DNA of 63,121 nt, the filler included, from Choristocarpus tenellus KU-1152 (Eukaryota; Protista; Phaeophyceae), in assembly GCA_964200185.2 (NCBI GenBank). It is 12 parts of 12 records of this genome, joined end to end, with 100 filler letters (N's around TTAATTAATTAA, not from the genome) between each part and the next. Parts side by side here need not be neighbours in the genome. Positions count along the whole stretch, not along the records: positions 50,847 to 59,016 come from CAXNAD020005053.1; positions 59,117 to 63,121 come from CAXNAD020016708.1; 10 more parts are not named here. One strand, given 5' to 3'. Both the position numbers and the translations under genes were made by a program. This document shows, in pieces, positions 52,074 to 63,121 of the stretch; position 1 is the first letter of the stretch, and the number at the start of each line of letters is the position of its first letter. Below the pieces are notes generated by a model. It was not told the origin of the DNA. It saw only the letters and a program-made list of their open reading frames with translations, and did not search any database.

Positions 52074-53270
52074 TGAAATGGTCTTTGAACGGGCATCTGG
52101 CCAGTGGGAAGCGTAGGTTTCTTATGAGCAGTCTTACGTGTTTAGCATGCTTGACAATCACGACACCATATCCGAACGTCGATATTGAATGTTGGCCACC
52201 AATATGCGTCTCTAATTTTATCGAACGTGGGTTTGAAGCCTAAGTGGTCTCCAGACAATGCATGTTCATGACAAGCATGGAGTACAAGACAGAGTAACGA
52301 GTGAGGAATGACCAACTGATCTCTAAACATGCTACTCTTACGAAAATGGCCTGGTAAATATGAACAATAGAGTAAGCCATTACGAAGGAAAAAATACGAC
52401 ATGGACGTCGTTGATTCCTTATCAGGTGGTGGGGCTACGTTGGGGAACTGCAAATACCTGAAATATGGTCCAAACTTGAATTCCTGCTCCTTGCGCAATT
52501 GCTCCCGGTCTACTGCAGGAAACACAGTAGTGGAACTAGTAGATAGTTTTCGATCACTTCGGACGGGCGTTGCTTGGTCAAGGTTCGAAGCAGATAACTC
52601 ATATTCCTTTTGAACACGTATGGTAAATGCACGACTACCTTCAGGTAAATAACGGCAGATTGGTGCCAGCATTGGAGCAAAGGATTTCTCCTGTTCCTCG
52701 AATTTGAAAATACGAGATAGAGTATCAGGTATAACATTGAGCTTACCGGGCTTGTGTTTGACAGAGAAACCATAAGCTTGAAGACCAATAGCCCAACGAG
52801 TAAGCATTTTACTGGTATCCTGCATTCTATTTCAAGTAACACAATGCGGCATGATCTGTGATGCAGGTAAAGTGTCTACCCCAAAGATACGGCCACCAAT
52901 GAGTGATAGCTGTAACGACTGCATAACACTCTCTTAATGTAGCTGAATAGTGACGTTGAGCTTCATTAAAGACCTGAAGTATCTGGGGGAGGGCGGCGGT
53001 CTACACCAGAGTGTCCGTTTGGACCAAAACCAGGAAAAGTGCACTTACATTATCCATTGAACGTATGCAACGAAATCACACAAAAATCGCGACATGAAAA
53101 AAATTACCCCATATGGACAGTCGCCACCCCCCCCTCCAGATACTTTGAGCCAAATTACTTCCTGAAGTATGCAATGATACCTATGTCTGCAGGATTATCG
53201 GATCGAGGTTGTACTAAAAACCTCCAACACCACTCTCACTGGCATCAACATGGGCGATGAATTCTTTGGG
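52074..53270 (-). mobile_element. Ty3/Gypsy pol remnant: RNase H, linker, integrase HHCC zinc finger
   Basis: FIAHVDASESGVGGFLVQ..IAYF, FNEAQRHYSAT.REC, LTRWAIGLQAYGFSVKHKPGKLNVIPDTLSR, H..H..YWW..CRDCQAC. Confidence 0.9.
52971..53151 (+). mobile_element. Complete MITE family B (181 bp) with 3-bp TSD AAA, inserted in Gypsy RNase H
   Basis: Termini GACCTGAAGTATCTGG..CCAGATACTTTGAGCC. Removing it plus one AAA restores IAYFRK*FNEAQRHYS. Confidence 0.9.
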
Positions 53271-53837
53271 AAAAGTTCTACACAACGAGCATCAACTGTT
53301 TCAGGGGATGCTGGACCATGCAGGGACATTGCCACATGCCATTTAGAGAACAGGAGTGGCAACTCTTCTTCTCCAGAACCTGTAATTGTCAGACCAGATG
53401 ATATTTCCGAAGCGGAAAACCTGGAACAACTCCCTTCTGACAGTGACTGTGGGTGTGCGACGTCACTACTCTGTTCAACAGATCTTATCAATGCCCGTTC
53501 CCTGAACTTGGAGCTTTAGCAGGTCCCTAAGCCATTCAGCAGACATGGTGTTCTGTTTGTTCTTGCGCACTCGTTGAGATGGAGAGCGATGAACGCTGGT
53601 ACAGCATCACTGAACTTGGCCTGCAAAATGGTCACCTCACAAGTAGTAGAACTTGGAGACGGGATCGGTTTTTCCTGAAACAGGACCCAATGGGTGTCAC
53701 GGTCGCCCAAGCTAACACGGTGCTCAAGGGTCGACAACACGGGTCTGGCATGAGCCTGACGATCTGTTGGGGGGGAAGGAGGGGAACCTTGTGTCTATGT
53801 TCGGCAAGTGTTGTGTTACTAGACGAGCTAGACGCGA

Positions 53838-54532
53838 TGTTGAAGCACTAGTTAACACCTGAGCTACCTACCGAGCAGATAGTCAAAACACTAGTAAACC
53901 CCAGAGCTACCGAGCAGCAAAAGCTGCTACCGGGGATCGCAAGTTGTTAGATTTGTTGAGGTTTCGCCCGAGGGTTGCTATCCCTCTAATCAGTGACCAG
54001 CTTCAGCGGGGTATTTACTAATGTTAGGTTGTGTATCCTGGTGGCGTATTTAGCCTTTTGACGGATGTGTAACCATGTAACCACGACGGGATTCCATCCC
54101 ATGACAGCAGCGTTAATTAGAAGATTTCTAAACACCTGTGTCAACCGAGGAGGCAGTCAGCTGACTATCTGCTCGGTACCTCAAAGGTTTACTATCTTTT
54201 AAACACACGCTACTGTGATGGGATCGAATCCCGGCATGGTTACATGATTACACACCCGTCAAAATGCTTAACACGCCGTCAGGATACACATCCATCCAAA
54301 GGCGAAACACGCCGCCAGGATACTCATCCCTCAAAAGGCTAAACACGCCACCAGGATACACAACTTAGCATTAGTAAATACCCCGCCGAAGCTGGTCACT
54401 GATTAGAGGGATAGCAAGCAACCCTTGGGCAAAGCCTCAACAAGTCTAACAACTTGCGATCCCCGGGAGTAGCTTTTGTTGAAACACTAGTAAAACCCCT
54501 GAGTTACCGAGCAGACAGCCAGCGTTTCAACA
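53838..54532. mobile_element. Non-coding TRIM-like element with ~55-bp LTR-like units, arranged as a palindromic dimer, 5-bp TSD CGCGA
   Basis: Begins TGTTGAA and ends TTCAACA, with CGCGA at 53833-53837 and 54533-54537. Inverted arms ~53918-54160 and ~54161-54477. Three 36-bp tandem units at 54250-54357. Confidence 0.75.
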
Positions 54533-54867
54533 CGCGACACTAGACGAGTCAGAGTCGATATTGGTTGAAGACCTCCCATGACTTCTGTAGACTCTTGACC
54601 TTAGAACTCCTCCTCTGACGTTCTGGATGGTTCCAGATGTGGAGTCTGGCGCTCCTGTGCGCGATGTTTTCGTCTTGAGCTTGAGTTCAGCATCTTTCGT
54701 CCTTGGTCAAACAAAAAAAATCCCTGTTACTTTACTTCTGAGGTCACCAGTGTCGTCAATGTGAATCGTGTAATTCTGTGGCAGCATGGTTCACTCAGGC
54801 AAAGGTGGCGAAGAGAATCACCAGGGAAGACGGACCAGACCAACAAGACAAACCGTAACCTATATTA

Positions 54868-57800
54868 CTGCTATTGTCCCACTATACCATTTCTAATGTC
54901 CCATTGACCCACCATAACGTACCGCTGTGTACATCACTACCTTGTATTGTACTGAACTAAAGATCAACGTACACACAATCTATGTTGTTTACTTGGATCA
55001 GCTCAGATAACGTAAGGATAACACTGGGTTATTCAACATCCTCCCCTTGCTGAAAACAAGTATTAACTCTCAAACAATCACAAAAAAAAACACGCACACA
55101 CACACATGTTGTCTCGCATGTTCATCAAAAACTTCACATGTTGTCTAAAAAACTCAAACTGGCAAATTCTTGGTCAATACATCTGCCCTCTGATTTGCAG
55201 TAGCAACAAAAACAACACGAATCTCTCCTTTTCTAGACAAATCCCTCAGGAAATGATGTCGGACATCAATGTGCTTTGTTCTAGTAGAGCTTGTGGCATT
55301 TCGTACTAATTTGCATTCACCATCGTTATCCTCAAACATATCAATGCAACGCCTAGGAAACTGTGGCTGAATAAACTCAAAAACACTTCTCAAGAAAGTA
55401 ATTCCTGTGCCACACTGCTAAGAACTATGTATTCACTCTCCGCTGAAGACAGAGCTACAACTCTTTGTACCTTTGACATCCAAGATATTACTCCTCCTGC
55501 AAACATTATTGCTCCTCCAGTCACTGATCTACGATCATTCCAGTCTCTAGCTTAACTAGCATCAGCATACGCACTCTACTCACACTCGTATCAAAACCAC
55601 CAAAACTCAATCCAACACTGGGACACGCATTCAAATATGCTAAAATGCATTTCACTGCACGCCAATGTGTGTCTTTGGGATTGCTATGTACTTGGCAACT
55701 TCACGAGTTGCATTTGCGATGTCAAGCCTAGTCATAACAGATGCCCATATCAGACTACCAACTGCCTCTCTGTACGTTTTATTTCCATCAACACTTGGAT
55801 GATTCTCACTCTTGTCTAGAGTCCTTGAGAGATCATGGGGTACCGACTTCTTCTTTGCCCCACCCATACCAAATCTTTGACAAACACTCTTAATGTACCT
55901 AGTCTGACTGATTGATGGTGACAGTCTGTGCAGTTCTGTCACGTGAAATCTCACAACCCATATAATACTCAAGATCGCCAAAATCTTCCATGGAAAACTG
56001 CTGCTCTTTAATCCTAGAGCGACCCCAAATCAAAACATCAATTTTACCAGCTACCAATAGATCATCTACGTGGGGAGCTATCACAGCAAAAACAACGCCA
56101 TCTCTTACATAGCATAACACACAGATATCTGCTCTGCATTGCTCAAAGCCACACTGTTTCAAAACGTGCACCAACAGATTATTAAGCTCTCTGCTTGCCT
56201 GTTTGGTGCTATAAAGTGCCTTGATCAAATGCACAATCTTTCCAGACCATATACCACATCCATCATATAACTTACAAAAATATCTTCACTACTATCTGCT
56301 TGTATAAATGCTTGCTTCACATCCCAATGTTTTAATTCCCAATTTCTGTCTGCAGCTAATGCTAAAACCATTTTCAAAGATGCAGGGGACGGTGTTGGTG
56401 CAAAGGTATCTTGGTAATCTAAACCCCCAATCTGTCGAAAACCTTTTGCTACCAAACGTGCCTTGTATCTAACTACCTCACCAATTTGTTAGTGTTACGC
56501 TTGTGAATCTATGTAGTATCTATTGCCTTGCGTCCAGGGGGTAATACGACCTCCACCCAAACATTATTCAACAACAAACCAGACATCTCTTCTGCTCTAG
56601 CTCAATCCCATAAATCACATTCGGGAGAGCTACGTGTTGCTCTTACAGTCTTGGGTTCTGGAAGGAGCTCATTCGCTAACACTCGAGTAGAATCATCACT
56701 CGCACCCATCACAAGGGTAGTCTCTATGGAAACAGACAAACAATATCAAACAATGAAACTCTTACAAAATAAAACAGCAGAATAATCAAAGAAGCTTTCA
56801 CAATGGTGACCTCAGCATCCAGTCTTCACTTCCTGAACTCTCACCACTCTAGACCTTTATGCATAAGAATAAACGTCTCTTTTATATTCCCCTTGTCCTC
56901 TCAATCAGTCCAAGAGATAATATTCTCAACACTCCCCAGCTCTTGGACTGAGAGTAGATACAATGTGTCCTCTAGTCCTCGGGAGATGTGAAGAGAAGTA
57001 TGCAGATAACAATAAATAAAACACTACTACTATCTCGTCCTTATCCTTCAAGCAGAGCATTAGGATACAGGATTGTATGCTATATTCGGGACAAATGTGA
57101 CAGACGCCAAAGGAACATGCACCCACTCATCGCGGCCAAACATTGAATTTCCAATCAATCTTGCCATACCCCACAATGGATAGTGATGTGCCGTCAGCCG
57201 CAGTCATTTTGCAGCCTTTTGGACATGTGGTGAAGTCATAAATGTCCATTGGGTCTTTCGTCACATTATTGGAAGTCCACGAATCAAAACACCATATGTT
57301 TCGAAAGCATTCGTTCTCACCTTGCCATTTTCAGTCACAGCGACTAACATGGTCTTTAAACTTCCTGTCCTAGCCGGTTCCTCTGATCCAGCTAGTTCTT
57401 CAGCCGACGTTAGCGGAGTCGCCCTCTGGCAATAATAACTTCCCACCGACTTTGGTGGTCCTACCCTCCTCTGAGGGCAAACAGCTTGCTGGTGGCTTCT
57501 GCTCCCGCAGCTGTAGTAGTCCTTTATATGTGCAAGGACATGTGTTTTACCAATCCGCACCTTGTGCATATTTATCTGGCCTTGGTCATCCCCCTGGTAC
57601 GGGATCCTGTCGTCCCAGGGTATGTACGAGGACCAGTCGTACCTTGATTGCCACCTCGGATAACCTTTAGCTGGGTCTGGGCAGACAGAGCCCTGGCTCT
57701 CCGTGATCAGCTGCTTCCCGTTGATGAGAGAAGTAGCGCGAACAAGCAGCTTGCTGTATCGTGGCTCTCGAACGCTCACTCTTATGATGGTGCTGGAGAT

Positions 57801-58944
57801 AGTGTTTGGTGATCTGATAGTCGTCATCCAAACAGTCTAACATAGCAATTTCTAGGACCTGCTCGGACATCACATGCCCCATCATCGCCATCTGGCCAAC
57901 ATCATTGTAAAAGTGATTTGGGGGTCCGACCCTCGAGGCATTTTGATAGTCATTACTTTCCTTTGGAGTCTGGTTATTTCCTTATGTAATTGAAAAAGGA
58001 AGTGTTCATGTAGCTGTTTCCAGGCTCCTGAAGGTGAGGCTGCATTACGGACAATACACCTATAAATCCCACTGATGCTCCATAGCAGGACGTCATAAGC
58101 CTTCTTGGCCTTGGTGACCTCTTCTTCACTACTATCTTCTTCTTTAGTGAAATCAATATCACCCACTCTGATGGGTTCCCTTCTATGCTCCAATGCCTCA
58201 ATATCCCCCTTCGCCCCCCAAAATGCATGGGTTGTAGCGAACCAGTCTGCATAGTTGTCATCCGTGAGCTGAAGGAGTTTGGTGTGGATCCCATCTGAGG
58301 CTATGAGTGATGCAATATCAACTCAAATCAAACCAGTCAGACTGCGCCTCCCCTAGCTAGAGTTTGGATTAGTCGCTTAAGGGTGTTGAGAAGCTTGGTG
58401 CATGTAAGGCTCGTCGCCGAAAGCTAGTAGATGAGTTACATGGTAAAACATACACTGAGTTATTTATTTTATCATTATGCCCTCTAACATTTTGCAGATG
58501 TTTGAGGGGGAAAACCAATGAAAACTATACATGTCATTATTCGCCCTAAAGAGATAAAATATCATAAATGTGAAAACACTATAAAATACTGTAAGTGTGA
58601 AAACCACTAATCTATCAGTTACTCCATCATTATCAATATTGTACTACTTGTCTTCCTGTGCTTTCTATCTACCTACTCCTGCGCCCCGGAGGGGAAGCTA
58701 GCGAGGCATCCCAAGAATCCAACAAACCCCTCCTTGCCCATCTCCCTGGTGACTCTAGTTTAAAGCACATGATACGTCGAGACAATGCCACTTGAGACAA
58801 TGCCACTTGCGTAGTCACCGAAAAAAATTGATGTAGCCAGGATTTAACTACTCCTTTCCTGCAATATCCTCTAGCTCCTCTTTCCCCTACCATGTGAGTA
58901 GCCAGCTCATCCAGATATTTATTTATTGTCCGTAGGGTAATGTT
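54868..58944 (-). mobile_element. Degenerate Ty1/Copia element: interrupted 5' LTR, gag, protease, RT, RNase H, PPT, truncated 3' LTR; integrase apparently deleted
   Basis: gag (SPSGAWKQLHEHF), protease-like WCFDSWTSNNVT, RT (RLVAKGFRQ..DYQDTFAP, WDVKQAF, KALYSTKQASR, HVDDLL, YREAVGSLIW), RNase H (FEDN..RTKHIDVRHHF), and LTR homology at both ends. Confidence 0.92.
58469..58918 (-). mobile_element. 5'-truncated non-LTR retrotransposon (CRE-like) inserted in the Copia LTR with a 9-bp TSD
   Basis: Interrupts the LTR relative to the intact copy at 51447, with TTATTTATT duplicated at 58460-58468 and 58919-58927. Encodes WLHQFFSVTTQVALSRRI, resembling the C-terminus of REL-endonuclease LINEs. The clade call is inference. 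Confidence 0.65.
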
Positions 58945-59266
58945 GTTCGATTAGACTCTTCCAACTCTATCGGACAGTTACGGTAAAATATGTATGGAGT
59001 AATGGAACAATCAATTNNNNNNNNNNNNNNNNNNNNNNNNNNNNNNNNNNNNNNNNNNNNTTAATTAATTAANNNNNNNNNNNNNNNNNNNNNNNNNNNN
59101 NNNNNNNNNNNNNNNNTGAACGAGGTGAACTATCCGCAGTTAACCCCCCCCCCCCTCCCCCCCCTCCCCCAGCCAATGTTCTATCATACCACCAAAGTGC
59201 TTGGATGTGATGTGACTCAAACCCATCCATTTTGTGTGTAACTTTACTATTTTATTGCTATTTCAG

Positions 59267-61290
59267 GGCGGAGAAGATGAAGGATTCTCCAATGAATAAG
59301 GTCACAATCAGTACTCTGGAGTATATTCGAGAGCACTTACCCGAGCAACTGCTGCCTGCCTTTGAATACATTGAGGCCAATCCTGTGTCAGTGTTTGTGA
59401 CCCTTCTGGTGAGGGCTGTCACGAGGATTAGGGTCACATAGGGTTAGGGATAATGTAGCGGGTGGGCTATTAATGTTATTTTTGTAATGGTAAAAGAGTA
59501 TTTTGGTGGCTTGAGGGGGATGTTTTTATCCTGTCAGTGGTTTCTTGTAGGGTCTTACATTGTCCAATCAAGAAGCAACTTTTCTTGTGTGTGACATGGT
59601 ATCAATAATAGTGGCAATTAAATAGAAACTCATGTTACTAGTGGTAGCTGGAAAAATCTCAGATTTTTGTGGGTGGATGGGAACGGCTTAGGGGCGGGAG
59701 ATGGGGGCAGGCAGGGGGGCAGGGGGGGATTGAAACTCATGGTGTACAATTTCTGGTATTGTAAGGGGTAGGCATTGATTGAGGCAGTGCTTATTTTATT
59801 CTACAAGAGTCACGAATTAGTATCCGCTGGTTCTTGAGGATGTCATTCATTTAATTCTGTAGTATTGTGCTACTGTTGAGTTTATTCAAAGGAAAATTCT
59901 TTGTGGTGATGTGGGTGTGCAGGCGAGATAAATTTAATCTATAATAATAATATTTTCGGCAAGCAAGACTGCCTTTTAAAAGGAGCTAAGACCAGTTCAG
60001 ACCTGAGTTTGTCTTCATTGGATGAGGTTAGACAAAGGGTGTAATGTGTGTGGGGTTTGGTCGGAAGGATGGTTGTTTTTGTTTTTTCTTTTGATAGAAA
60101 CTGATGCCAGTCTATGATTGATTGTAATTTTTGATAGAAACTGATGTCCTTGGTATAGTGTAAGTCGTACTTCTGTCATGCCAAACCACTGAGTCTTGAT
60201 TGAATTGTTGGTTGCAGTCAGTCTTTTTGAAATAGGTTACTGTAGCACTTTTGGGCTATGGTTGTTTCCAGAGATTAGATGGGAAAGTAAGGTATCTGTT
60301 TTATGGGGAAGTGAAGGGAATTACAAATGTGTAGCTGTTGAAATGGGTATGTCTTGATAGGGTTAGGAAGCGTTATTGTTTTGTGGTACAATGACTTGGG
60401 ATGGAATTAAGGTACTAATAACCCTTACGAAATACATGCCGATATTCATTGTACGATTTCAAGGACTTTGTTTTTCTTAATTTTTTTATGATGTTATTCA
60501 TCTGTATTATGCCTGGGCAGTACAATTGGAGATGCACGCTTCATATTTCAAGCATGATAGGTTACAGTGCTGCTGTCTCTGCACCTGAGATGGTAGTGAT
60601 TGTGCTTGTTTTTAAAAAAATTGGGATTGTTAAGGCACTGTTGTAATCTTTGAAAGCGTTTCATTAGAATAATATTTTTTTTGTCAAGATTAAACAAAAT
60701 AAAAACTATTTTTTTGTTGCTTGATTGTGTATAGTAATGGTAAATTGAAAGGATTCTGATTTTTTTTAATTTTCATGTAATCTTCAATTTTGGCAACGAT
60801 ACTGCCCCCTCTTGATCCCAACATTGTTTTATTTTATTCAACTATTTCTGCACATTCTTTTTTTTAATATTTAGCGTTTGTATTGCGGTTTGGTTTAGTC
60901 AGGAGCATGGTATGACTACAGATGAATCTATCGTCGGTGTTGTTGAATCTCTTACACCAATAATGGTAAACGCCTTAGCACTTCAGATAACCTCTGATTC
61001 ATTCCTTTCAATCAGGAGAAATCGAACTTTATCCGTAGTAGTTGCCAGGCGGAAATAGTAAGCCCTGTTCAAAATATCTTGTCCTCAATTTTTGCTCTCT
61101 CTCTCTCTCCCTCTCTCTCTCTCTTTCTCTTTCTCAGGCTGGGATAGCGATCATGTTGGTGAGGATCAATGGGAGGAAGAGGATGCGTGCTGCGGTGGCT
61201 CCCGTGGCAGCTACGACAGGGACAGAGGGGAATGTGGATGCCGGGGGAGCGGAGGGAGAGGATGAGGATGAGGATAAGGAAGAAGATGAG
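59267..61290 (+). CDS. Type I membrane protein C-terminal exons, calnexin-like
   Basis: Exons 59267-59408 and 61138-61290 join in frame: ..FEYIEANPVSVFVTLL|AGIAIMLVRINGRKRMR..GEDEDEDKEEDE (TM helix, basic stop-transfer, acidic tail). The luminal domain is not in the contig. Confidence 0.55.
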
Positions 61291-62551
61291 GTCAGTGCAT
61301 TGTGTTTATTGCCTGTTTCCCTTGGCCTTCCTGTGCTATATTGGTTAGGGTTAGTGAGTCTTTCTTCAAATGACTTTCTTTCAAGGTTTGTTTAAGTTGA
61401 AAGAAAATCGTTGATGTTGTTGTTGTGATGATGTTGTAGGTTAGTGAATCGAGAGGATCTTTGGGCATAAGTTAGGGTTAGGGTTAGAGTTAGCAAAAAG
61501 ATTGTAACTTACAGGTTGATTGAGTCGAAGGTGGCATGTGTCCCCCAATGCGAGCGTATTAAGAGTCGAGCACTGGGAGGAGCTGGGGAAGAATGTGATG
61601 CAATCTCTGTATAGTGTTGCGGTGATTTAGTGTGTACAAACGTTGACTTGAAGAAGTCATTTGCGTCTACCTTCTTGTCTGTACTTGTGTTTGGGGTGTT
61701 CAGTCAGTGAGGCATTGTGTGTCCTTGAGAGGATACCCCTGTTTCTGTCGGAGTGTATTTTTTTGTTGAGTGCTATGTGTCTAGAGCATAAGACTCCCCA
61801 ATAATAGGCAACTACCTTCTTTTTTGTTCTTTGTGCATCTATCACAGTGAAATATGTATGCACTAGAGATACACACCTTTTGAGATTGTTGTACTGATCG
61901 ATGTTATGACAGATGCATGTTTTGTATCTGTAGGTTGATAGTGAATTGTGACAGGAGGGACTTTCTATGCGGTCGCATCTTTTATCAAAAGTTTTTTTTT
62001 GTACTTTGCCTTGCGATTTTACACGATTTTTGTATAAACAGTCAAAAGTGTATTGAAATGAGACTGATGTGCATAAATATTTTGTTGTGTATTTTTTGGG
62101 TTGTGGTTGGTCCGTCTTACGTCGTTTTCAGAACAAAAGTTACAGTTGTAGAGATCAAGACACTTAGGAAGTCTTTTTCGTGTCTGGAGGAAGAGGTTAT
62201 TGCTGCTACCAGCATTGTTACAATTGCTGTGATAGATTACCCCACACACACTCACACGCATACATGCTACCATTTTTGTTTCTATAGTAGTAGTTTTACT
62301 ATTGTATCACATTAGTCCATGGTGTCTTATACCACCTATTGTCTCGATTATGTAGTATATTGAAGAAAATAATATTATTTAATGATTGAGGGAAAGAAGT
62401 GAATAGGATTCATTCAATAGGTGCTCATAAATATAAATAGGAGGAATCAAGAATAGACGGTTGAAGTCGCTAGTGCCCTGTAGAGAACCAAACATCAATA
62501 CCACCAGCATCACTCAAGTCCACAAGCTCAGGGGTGCAATCCCTCCATCTA

Positions 62552-62660
62552 AACACACCACATCATTCTTAACAATATGACCTCGACCCAGGCAGAATGC
62601 TTAACACACACTGCATATCATTCTTAATAATTATGACCTCAACCCATGCAGAATACTCAC
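62552..62660. repeat. Two-copy ~60-bp direct repeat
   Basis: ATCATTCTTAA.AAT(T)ATGACCTC.ACCCA.GCAGAAT occurs twice. Confidence 0.6.
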
Positions 62661-63121
62661 CATACTGTAATGAACACGTGTGGCGAGCTCAGTTCCTGTG
62701 GATGTTCTATACTGTCTCTAATTGCCACCCCCTCCCCCCCCCCTCCTACATGAACCCAATAACTTAGGATCATGATGATGATAATGCAACACCGGCTCCA
62801 GAAGTGAAGAGGAGGACTGGGGCAACGGGGGAGCCTGACAAGGGAGATTGAACGAGACGATGGATGGAGGAGGGGAAAGAAGGCAGAGGAGAAGAGATGA
62901 AGAAGAGAGTGTATTCTATTACACATCTTGCACCTTGTAGAGTGTTGGTTTCATTTATACAGTTGTTTTGTAACTGTCATTTGTGATTGGACAGAGTTGT
63001 GAAGGAGGAGGATCTTGCAAAGTTGTTGTGAAAGGCAATAACAACAGGGTTGCTATGGCTTGACTTCCACCTCAGAGTCATAGCTTGCAAGGCGAGGGAG
63101 GAAAGAATAAGGCACAGGGTG

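Noticed and set aside
54250-54357. 36-bp repeats of CRISPR-like length
   Set aside because: The units are directly tandem with no unique spacers, there are no cas genes, and the context is a eukaryotic TE.
17821-61290. Functional gene cluster (channel, oxidoreductase, kinase, MORN, calnexin-like)
   Set aside because: Apart from the oxidoreductase and kinase, the genes lie on different contigs joined artificially, so no linkage can be inferred.
59500-62300. Possible decayed LINE sequence in or near the calnexin-like gene (similar hints at 3.5-5 kb, 29-29.6 kb and 41-42.7 kb)
   Set aside because: Too degenerate to assign by eye; isolated hints such as PSLFNLIINAL are insufficient.

Overview
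This is eukaryotic, intron-rich, transposon-rich DNA, not a prokaryotic locus. It is probably a brown alga or related stramenopile; that is an inference from GT-AG introns, interstitial TTAGGG arrays and the TE content. It is a pseudo-scaffold of 12 short contigs joined by 11 artificial 100-bp N..TTAATTAATTAA..N linkers, so adjacency across linkers carries no meaning. Host genes, mostly partial: an OSCA/CSC1 (TMEM63-like) channel, an intronless Gfo/Idh/MocA oxidoreductase, a TKL-type protein kinase, a MORN-repeat protein, a calnexin-like C-terminus, and unknown multi-exon genes. Mobile DNA: degenerate Ty1/Copia elements, a Ty3/Gypsy pol remnant, RTE and probable CRE-like LINE remnants, and many MITEs. 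Most notable: (1) three or four MITE families share bipartite ends, a terminal GRSYCAAAGYATYT plus an inner GTCCRTTT. The inner motif lies 30-34 bp from one end and 40-46 bp from the other, a 12/23-like asymmetry of about one helical turn, and the TSDs are variable 3-mers. (2) A 695-bp palindromic dimer of a TRIM-like element with ~55-bp LTR-like units, inside one 5-bp TSD. (3) An ~850-bp inversion whose reversal restores a Copia, a Gypsy and a MITE at once. All coordinates were read by eye and all family calls come from motif recognition, not database searches.
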